Below are positions 9,242-19,141 of a stretch of 64,000 nt of DNA, piece by piece; the first letter of the stretch is position 1, and each line of letters begins with the position of its first letter. A program made the translations under genes and the position numbers. This DNA is from a virus: the IMG/VR virus record IMGVR_UViG_3300013006_000023, positions 1 to 64,000 of that record. One strand, 5' to 3'. Under the pieces are notes generated by a model that was not told where the DNA came from, did no database searches, and was given only the letters and a program-made list of their open reading frames with translations.

Positions 9242-10042
9242 TTATATATATTCTAGTGATGAAATTTGTGGGTTGGCACTAATTGAAACTGTTTCCAATG
9301 TTTCAACAACACCTGTGCTTAGCGGGTAGACATCTGTTTGACCGCTTAATTCTGAGTATGTTGTAATATGTGAGCGTGCTCTAAAGTTACTATCAATATA
9401 AAAGATATTGCCTACAGAATTCTGCAGGTACGGGAACAACCACCCCTTTATTACAAAGCTTGTATCGCCCGAAATTCTATATTTTTCATTCGATGAAATA
9501 TCTGTAGGGTAATTTAAGGCTATATTACCATTCCAGAGCACTTCACTGCGTATTTCTTCATTTTGAGCAAAACCGTCTTGTACAAGATTATTAGGAATCT
9601 TCCACGAAATAATGATGTAAGGGTTATTATATGGAACAAAGTTGGATATAATTTGATCCATGTCAGTTTGAAATTTTGTTAATATTGACATGTTAACTGT
9701 AATGTTTATAGGAACAGGTGTTCTATAAAATTGTGATTCTCTTTTTGTATCTCTTTCGGTACTGCCCCTAGTAACATAGAAACCGCTTAATTTATTAAAA
9801 ACGCGCGATTCGTCTCTCGAAACGTTAGAAATACTTACAGCTACAACAGGTACAGTCATATTTTGTGCTTTGTTAACAATGTCAAATAAAACTCTCTGCT
9901 TGGGAGCATACACATATCGGGCTTGTACACGGCTTTGTGGCACTCGGTTCTTATCAAATCTCTTAATAATGATACTATCAAAAGCTGTAATAAACTGAGT
10001 TATTAGATCTTTTATCTCAAAATGAAATGTTTGGTTTATCAC
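9242..10042 (-). CDS. gp15: tail sheath stabiliser/terminator (gp15-like)
   Basis: FHFEIKDLITQFITAF, YVYAPKQR, PVPINI, DMDQIISNFVPY, FVIKGWLF. Confidence 0.8.
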   Translation of the reverse strand: MINQTFHFEIKDLITQFITAFDSIIIKRFDKNRVPQSRVQARYVYAPKQRVLFDIVNKAQNMTVPVVAVSISNVSRDESRVFNKLSGFYVTRGSTERDTKRESQFYRTPVPINITVNMSILTKFQTDMDQIISNFVPYNNPYIIISWKIPNNLVQDGFAQNEEIRSEVLWNGNIALNYPTDISSNEKYRISGDTSFVIKGWLFPYLQNSVGNIFYIDSNFRARSHITTYSELSGQTDVYPLSTGVVETLETVSISANPQISSLEYI

Positions 10043-10053
10043 AGTTATATTTA

Positions 10054-11685
10054 TTAACTAATCCTATCAATAAAAGAATTAGGTAGCTTGTCTTTTGCTC
10101 TTTTTAATGCATTGATACTATTACCATCAAGTATGTATGTGGTTGAAAAGTCATGTTTGCTCCTGGTGGCACGACCACATGCCTGAACAAGAGCGTTTAA
10201 CATCTTGTTTTCATACCAATCCTTATCTATGTCAAATAATTGTTTTATTCTTTTAGAAGATAGTGGCAGGAAGGGCAGCTTAACAATTACTTGGAATCTG
10301 GCCAATTCATCTTTTAGATCAATACCAAAAGACAGTGAGGGTGAAACAAGTATGGTTGGCTCTTTGCTTTGAAAATGCTCTCTAAGAATCTCTTCATTAT
10401 TAGATGCAGTATCTCTGAAGAGATATCTTTTGTCATTACTGAGTTTTGTTTTTAAGAACTGTGTGATGTCATTTGAATGTGTGTGAATAATGCCTTTTTC
10501 AGTTTTATGGTGTTCGGTTATGGTTTTTATCTGGTCACATATTTGTGGCAATACTATGGGAAGATTTTTGTAGTTCAGTTTGTTTTGTGATGAAACAAAG
10601 ATGGGTGATTTACTGGCATCAAAATCACTCTCCACTTCTACATATTCATAATCTGTAATACCCAGCGATTTTGCAAAATGCTTGTGGTCAATTATTGTGG
10701 CAGACATAAGCAATACATTGTCTGCATAATTAAAGATATATTTTGTTAAGCAATCTGCTCTAAGAGGTGTAAACGTTACTGATTTAATTGTTCTATCAAT
10801 CACATACTCACAATTTTTCCATAAACCATCAACAGTAGTTAGCGAGCCATGTAAGTTCTTAAGATATGTGAGCTTAATTTTTTCTGGTTGTGAGAGTGTT
10901 CTGTGTTTTTTATTAACTCTATTAATCAAAACATTCATCTGCTCACTGATGTTAAAAATTAAATCAGTTAACCAATTGCGAGATCTCTCTTTATTATCAG
11001 TAATTAGCGGATGCACATCAATACCGTAGTAACTCAATCTTTCAAAATTTACGTCAGCAGAAAATTGCTTTATTAACTCATCTTCAAGCTCTGATGCTTC
11101 GTCACATATAATAAAAGATTTTCTCTTAATATGGTTAGGCAGAGCAAGAAACATCTTGTAATTTAAAACAGAAAATTTAGAAAGAAGCGATTTATTACGT
11201 GCATTATAATATGTGCATCGGTTTTTTTCCCAGCAGTCTTCCCGTATCTTTGGAACCAAAACACAAGGTGCAGTCTCAACATCAAAATTATTATCCAAAT
11301 CACATGTATAGTTAGTTTTGCCTTTAAGAATGTCGGTGTCAGGAAATAAACTTAAATACTGATCTTGCAGTGATTTTGTTATGGTTAGAGCAAACGTGCC
11401 AAATGGCGGTTGCTTCAAACACTCAATTTCATTAATATAGTTGCCGTTAAAATCTTGCTTGTAAGCTGCATAAGATGAAATAAGTTCCTTGAAGTCATTT
11501 GTGCAATCCGAACTAATGCCGGATATTGTTTTGGCTAGAAAACTTTTGCCAGACCCCGTGGGCGCGCAACATATGACAAATTTTTTACCTCTATTGAATG
11601 CGCGTTCAACGCTTTTTATTATTTTTACTTGCTGATTACTTGGATTGTACTCTTTTGGAAATTGAGCTAAATAACGACTGAACAC
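10054..11685 (-). CDS. DinG/Rad3/XPD-family Fe-S DNA helicase
   Basis: Walker A APTGSGKS, four Cys of an Fe-S domain, ICDEA, LMSAT, GIDL, QACGRATRSKHD. Confidence 0.85.
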   Translation of the reverse strand: MFSRYLAQFPKEYNPSNQQVKIIKSVERAFNRGKKFVICCAPTGSGKSFLAKTISGISSDCTNDFKELISSYAAYKQDFNGNYINEIECLKQPPFGTFALTITKSLQDQYLSLFPDTDILKGKTNYTCDLDNNFDVETAPCVLVPKIREDCWEKNRCTYYNARNKSLLSKFSVLNYKMFLALPNHIKRKSFIICDEASELEDELIKQFSADVNFERLSYYGIDVHPLITDNKERSRNWLTDLIFNISEQMNVLINRVNKKHRTLSQPEKIKLTYLKNLHGSLTTVDGLWKNCEYVIDRTIKSVTFTPLRADCLTKYIFNYADNVLLMSATIIDHKHFAKSLGITDYEYVEVESDFDASKSPIFVSSQNKLNYKNLPIVLPQICDQIKTITEHHKTEKGIIHTHSNDITQFLKTKLSNDKRYLFRDTASNNEEILREHFQSKEPTILVSPSLSFGIDLKDELARFQVIVKLPFLPLSSKRIKQLFDIDKDWYENKMLNALVQACGRATRSKHDFSTTYILDGNSINALKRAKDKLPNSFIDRIS

Positions 11686-11691
11686 AATACA

Positions 11692-12039
11692 TTATACCGT
11701 ATGAAGTGTTAGTTTTCTATCATAAAATTTAGAAGCTTTTTTAGTCTTTACTTTACTGACTAAATCATAAAGTTCTTTGTTGCCTTTGGTAAAGGCATTT
11801 ATTGAGTAGTCAAAAGTAACAGAATCTCTGTGTCCCAGGATATCATATGGGTAAGGTATTTCAAATACAATTTTTTTATTATTTTTTTCTTCACTCAAAA
11901 GGGTGAAGATACAGAAGAAGTCTTTTACACAGAATAAAATTAGTTTACCCTTTTTGAGTACTTTGTTTTCTATTTTAAAAATAACACTTCTCTGTAAGAA
12001 GTTATTTACTTGAGATTCAATTTCTAATATGGATGTCAT
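11692..12039 (-). CDS. hypothetical protein
   Basis: 115-aa ORF with ATGA overlap on the upstream gene. Confidence 0.6.
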   Translation of the reverse strand: MTSILEIESQVNNFLQRSVIFKIENKVLKKGKLILFCVKDFFCIFTLLSEEKNNKKIVFEIPYPYDILGHRDSVTFDYSINAFTKGNKELYDLVSKVKTKKASKFYDRKLTLHTV

Positions 12040-12413
12040 GAATTCATAAACCTCACTTTATCTAGTGTTTGCATGAGTGAGAGCTTGTCGTTAAAGTACT
12101 TCCAAAACGTTTTATTAGCAGGTATTACATTAATCATGTCGCATGCAATCATATTAATACAACGATAATCCTGCATAAAAATATCCCAAGTAATCAAAAG
12201 ATTTTTAAGATTAGGATTATATTTGGGTTGGTTAATGGCTCGTCTGTAATTTAGTGCAAGTCGACCTTCTGGACTCATGAGGAGTGGTAAACAATTCGTG
12301 CATAACATTCGTCTAGTCGCTGGCGCACCTGCTTTTGGTCGCCGACGAATAAACTTTATTTCTGCCACGTTATTTAGAAGAACGTTTTTTAATGTGGGAA
12401 GCGACACTTTCAT
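12036..12413 (-). CDS. hypothetical protein, SH3/WYL-like fold (DUF2693-like)
   Basis: AEIKFIRR...RRMLCT...ITWDIFMQDYRCI pattern. Confidence 0.5.
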   Translation of the reverse strand: MKVSLPTLKNVLLNNVAEIKFIRRRPKAGAPATRRMLCTNCLPLLMSPEGRLALNYRRAINQPKYNPNLKNLLITWDIFMQDYRCINMIACDMINVIPANKTFWKYFNDKLSLMQTLDKVRFMNS

Positions 12414-12816
12414 TGTCTTGTCTTACTGTAACGATACCGAAGATACGTTGTTCATTTAAGAATAAACCTTTCTTGAGTGTACCATAACCTTCAACTTCAA
12501 TATTAGCAATTGGAATGCCGAGATTATTTGGAAAACAAATGTGATCTCCGTTTTTAACATGTTTAGAGTTTGGCCCACATAAAATAATCTCTCCTATACG
12601 CCATGCCTTAGTCTCAGCATTAATGGGCACAACAATGCCGTTTCTAAGAATGGATGTTCCATCATCTGTTTCGTCCACATATCTTACTAGCAAAATGTCG
12701 TCCAACAGACTCTTAAGATTGTAACCATAAAGAACAGAGTTGAATGAATTCTTTGGTAGTTCTGACAAATCAATCAAACTCTTTTGGGTGGGAAGTAAAT
12801 CGATATTTGCTGGCAT
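12370..12816 (-). CDS. GroES-like co-chaperonin (gp31 analogue)
   Basis: LDDILLV...NGIVVP...GEIILCGP...VKNGDHICF...LNEQRIFG. Confidence 0.8.
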   Translation of the reverse strand: MPANIDLLPTQKSLIDLSELPKNSFNSVLYGYNLKSLLDDILLVRYVDETDDGTSILRNGIVVPINAETKAWRIGEIILCGPNSKHVKNGDHICFPNNLGIPIANIEVEGYGTLKKGLFLNEQRIFGIVTVRQDNESVASHIKKRSSK

Positions 12817-12830
12817 ATGTAAGGACTTAT

Positions 12831-13202
12831 TTAGTTAGTTGCTGAATTCAACGTGTGTATATAATTTTTTATTTCACGGATGGAGAGCTCGCTGTTGTGT
12901 GCAAAGATTTTTATCTTTGCCTCTTGCTCTGCATCTTTAGATTCTTTTGTCTTCTTGAAATATTGAATCTTTTTACTCGGTACCCTGGGCATCACGCCTT
13001 GAAATAGAGTATATAAATCGCGCTTATTTTGAAATACAGACAAATACTTGTTAATTTTATTACACTCTTTTGCCATGGAAGTAGAGTACATGCTCAACCA
13101 TCTATTAATAAGATAGGGTGAAAATTCTTGCTCTTCATCTATTGTATTAAGATTTCTTTTTTTTGTAAAAAGAATATCACTAATAAAATCAAATATAGTC
13201 AT
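12831..13202 (-). CDS. clamp loader small subunit (gp62-like)
   Basis: TIFDFISDILF...FSPYLINRWLSM...ELSIREIKNY. Confidence 0.6.
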   Translation of the reverse strand: MTIFDFISDILFTKKRNLNTIDEEQEFSPYLINRWLSMYSTSMAKECNKINKYLSVFQNKRDLYTLFQGVMPRVPSKKIQYFKKTKESKDAEQEAKIKIFAHNSELSIREIKNYIHTLNSATN

Positions 13203-13789
13203 TAACAAATAACTTTTGTGGTAGCGATAAAGATATCGTCATTCATCGCATAGAAAATATTAATTACGTCTTTTGCAAATTGTGTTGCTTGTTCGTCATT
13301 GAGCTGGGTTGAGAAGGCAAATGCGGGTGCTTTTTTGCCTGCGGTAATATTAATGCCGGTATGACCAAGAGCAATATTATTTTTTGAGTAGGTAATGCTC
13401 ACACTGCATTTGCCCTTTGTTTGTGTAATACCGCCTTGTGTATGCTCTTTATGAACCATGAGATCGTCGCCATCAACTTCTATTGGAGCATTAATATATT
13501 TACTACTCAAAATATTAGCAATCTGCGTATTGAAAAGACGTTGCCAAGCTACTGCACCAAAAGAATCGAGATATGGTATCTCCCATAAGAAATTAATTGC
13601 ATCATCGCTGTAGATAAAATCGTTATTAATTACATCCTCACTGTCAATCATTCCTTCTGTCTCAACTTTCATGGGTGCGCGGAACGCAATAATATTGCCT
13701 ATGGGAAGAGTTTTATTCCTAAAGAATTTATAAGCAAAGCGCGCGTGAAGAAGTTTACCGTCATATACTTTAATATCGTTTACTATCAT
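13202..13789 (-). CDS. DUF366-family protein (biotin/lipoate-ligase-like fold)
   Basis: YDGKLLH..FAY, IIAFRAPM, MIDSED, IYSDD, QRLF, GDDLMV, KCSVSI, HTGINI. Confidence 0.7.
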   Translation of the reverse strand: MIVNDIKVYDGKLLHARFAYKFFRNKTLPIGNIIAFRAPMKVETEGMIDSEDVINNDFIYSDDAINFLWEIPYLDSFGAVAWQRLFNTQIANILSSKYINAPIEVDGDDLMVHKEHTQGGITQTKGKCSVSITYSKNNIALGHTGINITAGKKAPAFAFSTQLNDEQATQFAKDVINIFYAMNDDIFIATTKVIC

Positions 13790-13795
13790 AAAATG

Positions 13796-13823
13796 ATTAT
13801 ACGTTATATAATTTAAAAATCAA
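13796..13823 (-). promoter_or_regulatory. sigma70-type promoter
   Basis: TTGATT-16 nt-TATAAT-6 nt-ATG. Confidence 0.75.
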
Positions 13824-14422
13824 TTCTTTTTAAATATTAAGAACCCGTGACGGTGATCAGGGTTGTCTTCTAATATTTTAAATTCTGCAGAGTTGAGAAC
13901 TTCTTCTCTAATAGCTTTACACTTGAGGCACTTGGTATCATCAAGCACCACATAATTAGCTCTATCTTTCATAAGACGCCATTCATAAAATGTGGAAAAT
14001 TCACCCCCATCCAGCAACAAAAAGTCAATTTTCTCGGGAAGTAGAAAGCTTAAATTGGGTATTTTTGACATTCTTTCTTTATCTTCTCTCAACCACGTGA
14101 CTTGATCAGGTATAAGCGATCCATGGTCAAACCAATTATCTATTGTATCTTCGTCAACTAACTTACCAAGATGTATAAAGAAATTGTTGTTTAGCTTATT
14201 TTTATTATTATCAATAGCCTGCAAATACATCTCAGGATTACACTCAAAAGATAAGAAATTGTATGTTGTTTTATGTTTTAAGCCTTCCAGTATGCATCTT
14301 GTTGTACCAAGACCGTTCCATGTTCCAACTTCGACAATATTTGTTATGGACTTGTGTGCAGCTATCTCCACAATACGCTGGCCCAGTATATCATCTTCAA
14401 AATTAATTTGCCCGGTACTCAT
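13820..14422 (-). CDS. class I SAM-dependent methyltransferase
   Basis: IVEVGTWNGLGTT, SFEC, FLLLDGGE, VLDD. Confidence 0.7.
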   Translation of the reverse strand: MSTGQINFEDDILGQRIVEIAAHKSITNIVEVGTWNGLGTTRCILEGLKHKTTYNFLSFECNPEMYLQAIDNNKNKLNNNFFIHLGKLVDEDTIDNWFDHGSLIPDQVTWLREDKERMSKIPNLSFLLPEKIDFLLLDGGEFSTFYEWRLMKDRANYVVLDDTKCLKCKAIREEVLNSAEFKILEDNPDHRHGFLIFKKN

Positions 14423-15224
14423 TTGCTTCCTTCTTTATTATATCAAACCAATAATCAATATTCAACATATTATAATCAATTGAAATTTTTTTCTCCTTAA
14501 ACTGGCTAACATAGTTTTCCAGGAAGTTGTTATAATTTAAATTGTCCCATGAATCTATTTGTATTATAGGATATTGAAAGGTATCGTAAATTATATGCTT
14601 CTCTACTATGGGGATACTGCCTGCATATAAAGCATCCCAGGTTCTATGACAATCAATACCATTACCCCGAGGGGATGCAATAAAGAGAAATTGTTTTAAT
14701 TCCTTAAAGTAGTCTTTGTATGGTTTTTGTGTTGCCACAGCAGCCATGTCTTTACTAATTAATTTATTTAGAACATTCAATCTGTTGTGATGTGTGTGCA
14801 ATGAAAAATTACAATAAAGTTTATTAACTATTTTATTAATTCTTTCTTCCTTCCATTCAACAGTTTCTAAAAAATTATAATCTGTCCATTTGCCTTGTTC
14901 TCTACCGCTATGATTTTCAATACCTATAGGAAGAGGGACTAGATCTTTGTGCTTAAAATCAACATTTTGTGCATACCATTTCTTAATGCAATCAGGTCTA
15001 TTGTTAAAGACTTCTTCATTAATTGGATAGTCGGAGCAGTGGGTAATAAGAATAAAGCTTTCTTTTCTATTTTTTAATTCAGCAAACAGTCTGTCTAGAA
15101 AATCTGTCTTGCACCATACTACAGACCCCGACTTTATATTATCAATTTCAAATACATCAATATCTACCACCCCATCGGCTATCTGTTTAAAATTTATTCC
15201 GTTGATATACTTTGTTATGTTCAT
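14403..15224 (-). CDS. exostosin/GT47-like glycosyltransferase
   Basis: FIASPRGNGIDCHRTWDALYAGSIPIV. Confidence 0.75.
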   Translation of the reverse strand: MNITKYINGINFKQIADGVVDIDVFEIDNIKSGSVVWCKTDFLDRLFAELKNRKESFILITHCSDYPINEEVFNNRPDCIKKWYAQNVDFKHKDLVPLPIGIENHSGREQGKWTDYNFLETVEWKEERINKIVNKLYCNFSLHTHHNRLNVLNKLISKDMAAVATQKPYKDYFKELKQFLFIASPRGNGIDCHRTWDALYAGSIPIVEKHIIYDTFQYPIIQIDSWDNLNYNNFLENYVSQFKEKKISIDYNMLNIDYWFDIIKKEANEYRAN

Positions 15225-16288
15225 TTAGATAGAATTTCTTTACTCTTATCTAATAAGAACTCAATTTCATTTTTAACATGATATTTTTCTGAATAAGCAT
15301 AAACCTTCTTGTAATTAAAGGGTTTATTGAGAGCTTCGATTAGTTCGGAGGTGTCATTGGAACAGAAGCCTACATCTTTCTTATCTATATTTTCCGGTAT
15401 TGCCCCGTATTTGGTGCCAACAACAGGTGTACCCTTGGTGATTGCCTCTAGCCAAACTCTACCAAATGCTTCGTTTGTCTTTGTGAGCATGGCAAACATT
15501 TTTGCTTTTTTAAATACAGTGCGGTGCTGCTCACCTCTTGATAGTCCGCCTTTGTAATGAAAATTGGGAATCTCTTTGTTAAGCTCTCTCAAATAATTTT
15601 CTAAAGATGCATTGCCTGTGCCATATGCAACAAATTCTTGCTTTGGCACACGCTTAGCCATTTCAATGAACACATCCAGCCCTTTTGCTTCCATACCCCA
15701 GTTAAGACCTGCTACCCAAAGAACATAATCTTCTTTTGTAGGTTCAAAGTCATACTCCTCATCACATGCACCCACATAGCACCAAAAACTTTTTGATTTT
15801 ATTTGATTTATGAATGCATTTTGTTTTGAATCCTCAAATGTCAAGTCAAAGATATATTTTGAAATGAATCTGTAATAGATATTGTCATCGAAAACAAATT
15901 TATTATCTTCCCAACCACCACTGTCATGAATGTTGCATATTACTGGAATACCTATTCCCTGTAAACTCTTTGCTGACCATGCACTCTGAGACCAAATAAT
16001 GTCTGGCTTGGACGGTGAATTTTCAATATAAGAACGTACTTCGTTCATGAAAGTAAAAGAATTTTGACCGGATTTACTAGACTCAACAAAATCAGTATCT
16101 ACAATATTAAACTCGTATTTTTCGCTGCCTTTTTCTATAATTCTTGGAACTATGACACAAAATTTGTGCTTGTCATTATAATGCTTGTGAAATCCTTTTA
16201 CTAAATTCTCAACACTAGCCTCAATACCGCCATATTCAATTAGGGGAAACTGTTGCTTGTATTCATTGCCTATAATGCATATTTTCAT
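15221..16288 (-). CDS. GT4-family (GT-B) glycosyltransferase
   Basis: YGGIE, KGLD, EAFGRVWLEAITKGTPVVGTKYGAIPE; TAAATA box 5 nt upstream. Confidence 0.85.
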   Translation of the reverse strand: MKICIIGNEYKQQFPLIEYGGIEASVENLVKGFHKHYNDKHKFCVIVPRIIEKGSEKYEFNIVDTDFVESSKSGQNSFTFMNEVRSYIENSPSKPDIIWSQSAWSAKSLQGIGIPVICNIHDSGGWEDNKFVFDDNIYYRFISKYIFDLTFEDSKQNAFINQIKSKSFWCYVGACDEEYDFEPTKEDYVLWVAGLNWGMEAKGLDVFIEMAKRVPKQEFVAYGTGNASLENYLRELNKEIPNFHYKGGLSRGEQHRTVFKKAKMFAMLTKTNEAFGRVWLEAITKGTPVVGTKYGAIPENIDKKDVGFCSNDTSELIEALNKPFNYKKVYAYSEKYHVKNEIEFLLDKSKEILSK

Positions 16289-16296
16289 AATTTTAT

Positions 16297-17004
16297 TTAA
16301 ATGATGTTCCAGTTAATTCTACTTTGTGAAAAAGTGTAATCTTTGACTGTGTTGTTTTCCAGGTGCAAGTGGTAGAACAAATTCTCTCTATTAGAGAATA
16401 GTGAATCAATTAGAAGCTTGAAGCAACTATCTATGCAGTGTATTTCTTTGGCATTTTCAATCAAAGTAAGATAATCAAAAATATTATTGGTATGCGATTC
16501 ATCAGGGGTAAAGATAGGTAGCTCTTTATTAACTATGTATTTTTCTTTTATTTTAAACCCGCGGTTTTTGTCATCATGCAAGAAGATGTAGCTGTCTTTC
16601 TTAAGATCAAAGCGGTTAAAAAATCTCTCTTCTTCTTCAATGTTACGTACCGCTTTAAAATCGTCCCACCTTCTGGAGAATTTTAATCCTACTTGTTTAT
16701 AAAAAGCTTCATCAAAATTTAAACCTTGTACCATATAATCGCTTAAAAAATTATGACCTATTTTAATTTTGTCTTCCCAGGAGATGCCGTTTAAAAAAAT
16801 TTGAACATCATGATCGTCTTTTTCCTCTATTGTTAGATTGGAGATATGTTTAAACATAAATTTTACAGATTTTGCAAATTTAGGTTTGGCAAAAAGTATG
16901 ATATTTTTATCATGCATTTTTTTACATATATTATTAATAATACCATTACATATAATTTGATCTCCAAGACCAAGATGGGTATAAACGTAGAATGTGTTAT
17001 GCAT
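16297..17004 (-). CDS. putative glycosyltransferase (GT-B-like)
   Basis: HLGLGDQIICNG, FDEAFY, IENAKEIHCIDSCF; lies in the GT cluster. Confidence 0.55.
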   Translation of the reverse strand: MHNTFYVYTHLGLGDQIICNGIINNICKKMHDKNIILFAKPKFAKSVKFMFKHISNLTIEEKDDHDVQIFLNGISWEDKIKIGHNFLSDYMVQGLNFDEAFYKQVGLKFSRRWDDFKAVRNIEEEERFFNRFDLKKDSYIFLHDDKNRGFKIKEKYIVNKELPIFTPDESHTNNIFDYLTLIENAKEIHCIDSCFKLLIDSLFSNRENLFYHLHLENNTVKDYTFSQSRINWNII

Positions 17005-17770
17005 AGCTTTTTAGAATGTTATCAAGATATTGTTTATTTTGAGGCCAGAATAACATATTTCTGTGATGCAGAAAAATCTGTTTGTAATCGCGTGGGTAAT
17101 TGTTTCCCCATTCTGAGGGGTCAGGAGATAGATCAATATTGTGCTTTTTTGCAAGTAATGAAAGAATAGATTGATCGTGTCTATGATCTTCAAAGTCTTT
17201 TATGTTTTCTTTTGTTATGTTAGGTGCATCAGTTATTATGTTTGCATTCTGCGAGAACTTTAAATATTCATCTATAAAATCGTTATTTTTACTCGTCTTC
17301 TTGATACCAATATATGAGCCGTTAGCTTGATCAGCTTTATAATATCTCTCTTCATCACAATCCATTAGAACAAAGCAGTCTCTCTTTGTCCATCGTGAAT
17401 TATGATGTATTTTACCTTCATAGTTACCATCTCTATTGGCAAATAAAGCAATATCTTGCTTATTAATAATATCAAAAAGAGGAGCTACATCATTAATAAT
17501 CAAGTTGCCACTATCTACGTAAAATATGATATCACCGTCATTAACCATGTCCAATGCATCCTTTATAATAAAGGACTTCCATGCCCAGAATCCGTAACCA
17601 CGTTTTAAATCTTTGAAGATTAAGGGATTATTTTCTATGAATTTTTTATCTAAATTCTTTTCCGTATAATCTATATACCCGTCAAATCCATAGCGTTTAG
17701 CGCTCTTGCCCAGCAAGTACTGTGACTGATACCATTTCTCATTTGCAAAGCTTATTAATATTTTTTTCAT
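16997..17770 (-). CDS. putative glycosyltransferase (GT-A-like)
   Basis: GYGFWAWKS, IFYVDSG, DHRHDQSILSLL. Confidence 0.6.
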   Translation of the reverse strand: MKKILISFANEKWYQSQYLLGKSAKRYGFDGYIDYTEKNLDKKFIENNPLIFKDLKRGYGFWAWKSFIIKDALDMVNDGDIIFYVDSGNLIINDVAPLFDIINKQDIALFANRDGNYEGKIHHNSRWTKRDCFVLMDCDEERYYKADQANGSYIGIKKTSKNNDFIDEYLKFSQNANIITDAPNITKENIKDFEDHRHDQSILSLLAKKHNIDLSPDPSEWGNNYPRDYKQIFLHHRNMLFWPQNKQYLDNILKSYA

Positions 17771-18441
17771 TATGGAAAATTCTTCTGATGTCTCAAGTTA
17801 AAATTTTGTTCGTCTAGAGTTTTTAGATTGTCATTACGCAGGTAGAGCTTGTCAGGCTGTTCTTTAATTATAGAATACTGCTTGTGTAATATCAATTGCA
17901 TGTCTATGTATTTCACTTTCTTTAATTTCATTGATACCATTGTAAATTCAGTATCACAGTAAAGTGATTTATAGGACGGGTGGTAGATGTAGTTAAACCT
18001 GTCATAATATTTTTTACCCAGAATGCAGAGGGTATTGAGATTATTTTTTTGAAATCCATCGTTTTGCCACAATACACCATCATAATCTGGAAAATAATTT
18101 ACAAGAATATTTTTAATCAATACGTCATAACCATGAACGACAGGCTCCATATCATCTGATGCAAGCAGTAAAATATCAAAATTCTCCTGTTTTAAGTTGT
18201 TATTAATGGCCTCAATTTTAGATTTATTGTTGTCGAAGAAGACTTCTAAATTGCGGTAATTTTTAAGCTTGTTTTTAATGGCCGTATTATTCATAGTTAC
18301 ATCATCTGTATCGCAGGAGATTATGAATTTAAAATTATCACCTACCATCAGGTGATAGTATTTGTCGAGATAATGGAAGAACTTTTCCGGTCGTTCTCTA
18401 GTCGGAAATTTGATTAAGAGTTTTGAATTTTTCATATTCAT
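17770..18441 (-). CDS. GT2-like glycosyltransferase
   Basis: KFPTRERP, SCDTDD, SKIEAIN, LLASDDM, YCDTEF. Confidence 0.7.
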   Translation of the reverse strand: MNMKNSKLLIKFPTRERPEKFFHYLDKYYHLMVGDNFKFIISCDTDDVTMNNTAIKNKLKNYRNLEVFFDNNKSKIEAINNNLKQENFDILLLASDDMEPVVHGYDVLIKNILVNYFPDYDGVLWQNDGFQKNNLNTLCILGKKYYDRFNYIYHPSYKSLYCDTEFTMVSMKLKKVKYIDMQLILHKQYSIIKEQPDKLYLRNDNLKTLDEQNFNLRHQKNFP

Positions 18442-19141
18442 GAGACCTGCCTTGTGTGTTGTGGCTATCTAACGCTTTATGCACAAAGCATACAGGGTTA
18501 ATAAAACTAAATTCAATATTATTAATGAAGCAATATGCAGTGAGATATCTCTCAAGATTGTGCCCGGACATTTTGTCGTTATTTAAAAAATTCATAAATT
18601 TAAGTGTAAATGGGTCAAGCATAAATTTATAGAAAAAGTCTGATTTGAAATAGAAGTTATTAGTTGTACTCCAGAAATTATTATTTGGAACAATTTGTTT
18701 TATATTATTCTGCTTTAAATAGTCTAATAGTTTTTCTGAGAATATAGTTTTTGTAAGAAAATCATGTTCAATACCTAGAGGAAAAAAGCCAACTACATCT
18801 TTATCACCATTTAAAACATTTTCTTCCATTTCAGCAAACTTCTCAATGTCTCTTAAATCGGTATCATATTCCAGGAAGCAGACATATTTTGAATTGTGTG
18901 AAACTAGATTATTGGCTGCAGCCGCAAACCATGCAGTATAAGCAGTACAATGGTTGCAATGCTCTATGTGATTCGCTTGCTTGTTGCATTGTATGATATG
19001 ATCATTGCTGAAGTCGGTTTTGTAGTTTTTTACTAAAAGATATTTGTAGTTTTTTAAGGTTTTATACTTCTCCGCTTTTTCGAAAAACTCAATAATTGCT
19101 GGGTTATGCACCACAATGTAATACTCAAAATCAGCCTGCAT
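18398..19141 (-). CDS. putative glycosyltransferase
   Basis: YTAW, CFLEYDTD (DxD-like), GHNLER; lies in the GT cluster. Confidence 0.5.
   Translation of the reverse strand: MQADFEYYIVVHNPAIIEFFEKAEKYKTLKNYKYLLVKNYKTDFSNDHIIQCNKQANHIEHCNHCTAYTAWFAAAANNLVSHNSKYVCFLEYDTDLRDIEKFAEMEENVLNGDKDVVGFFPLGIEHDFLTKTIFSEKLLDYLKQNNIKQIVPNNNFWSTTNNFYFKSDFFYKFMLDPFTLKFMNFLNNDKMSGHNLERYLTAYCFINNIEFSFINPVCFVHKALDSHNTQGRSHEYEKFKTLNQISD

Noticed and set aside
12831-13202. Apparent lack of gp44, gp24, gp16 and gp33 as a novel reduction
   Set aside because: The window is only part of the genome and gene order is shuffled, so absence cannot be concluded.
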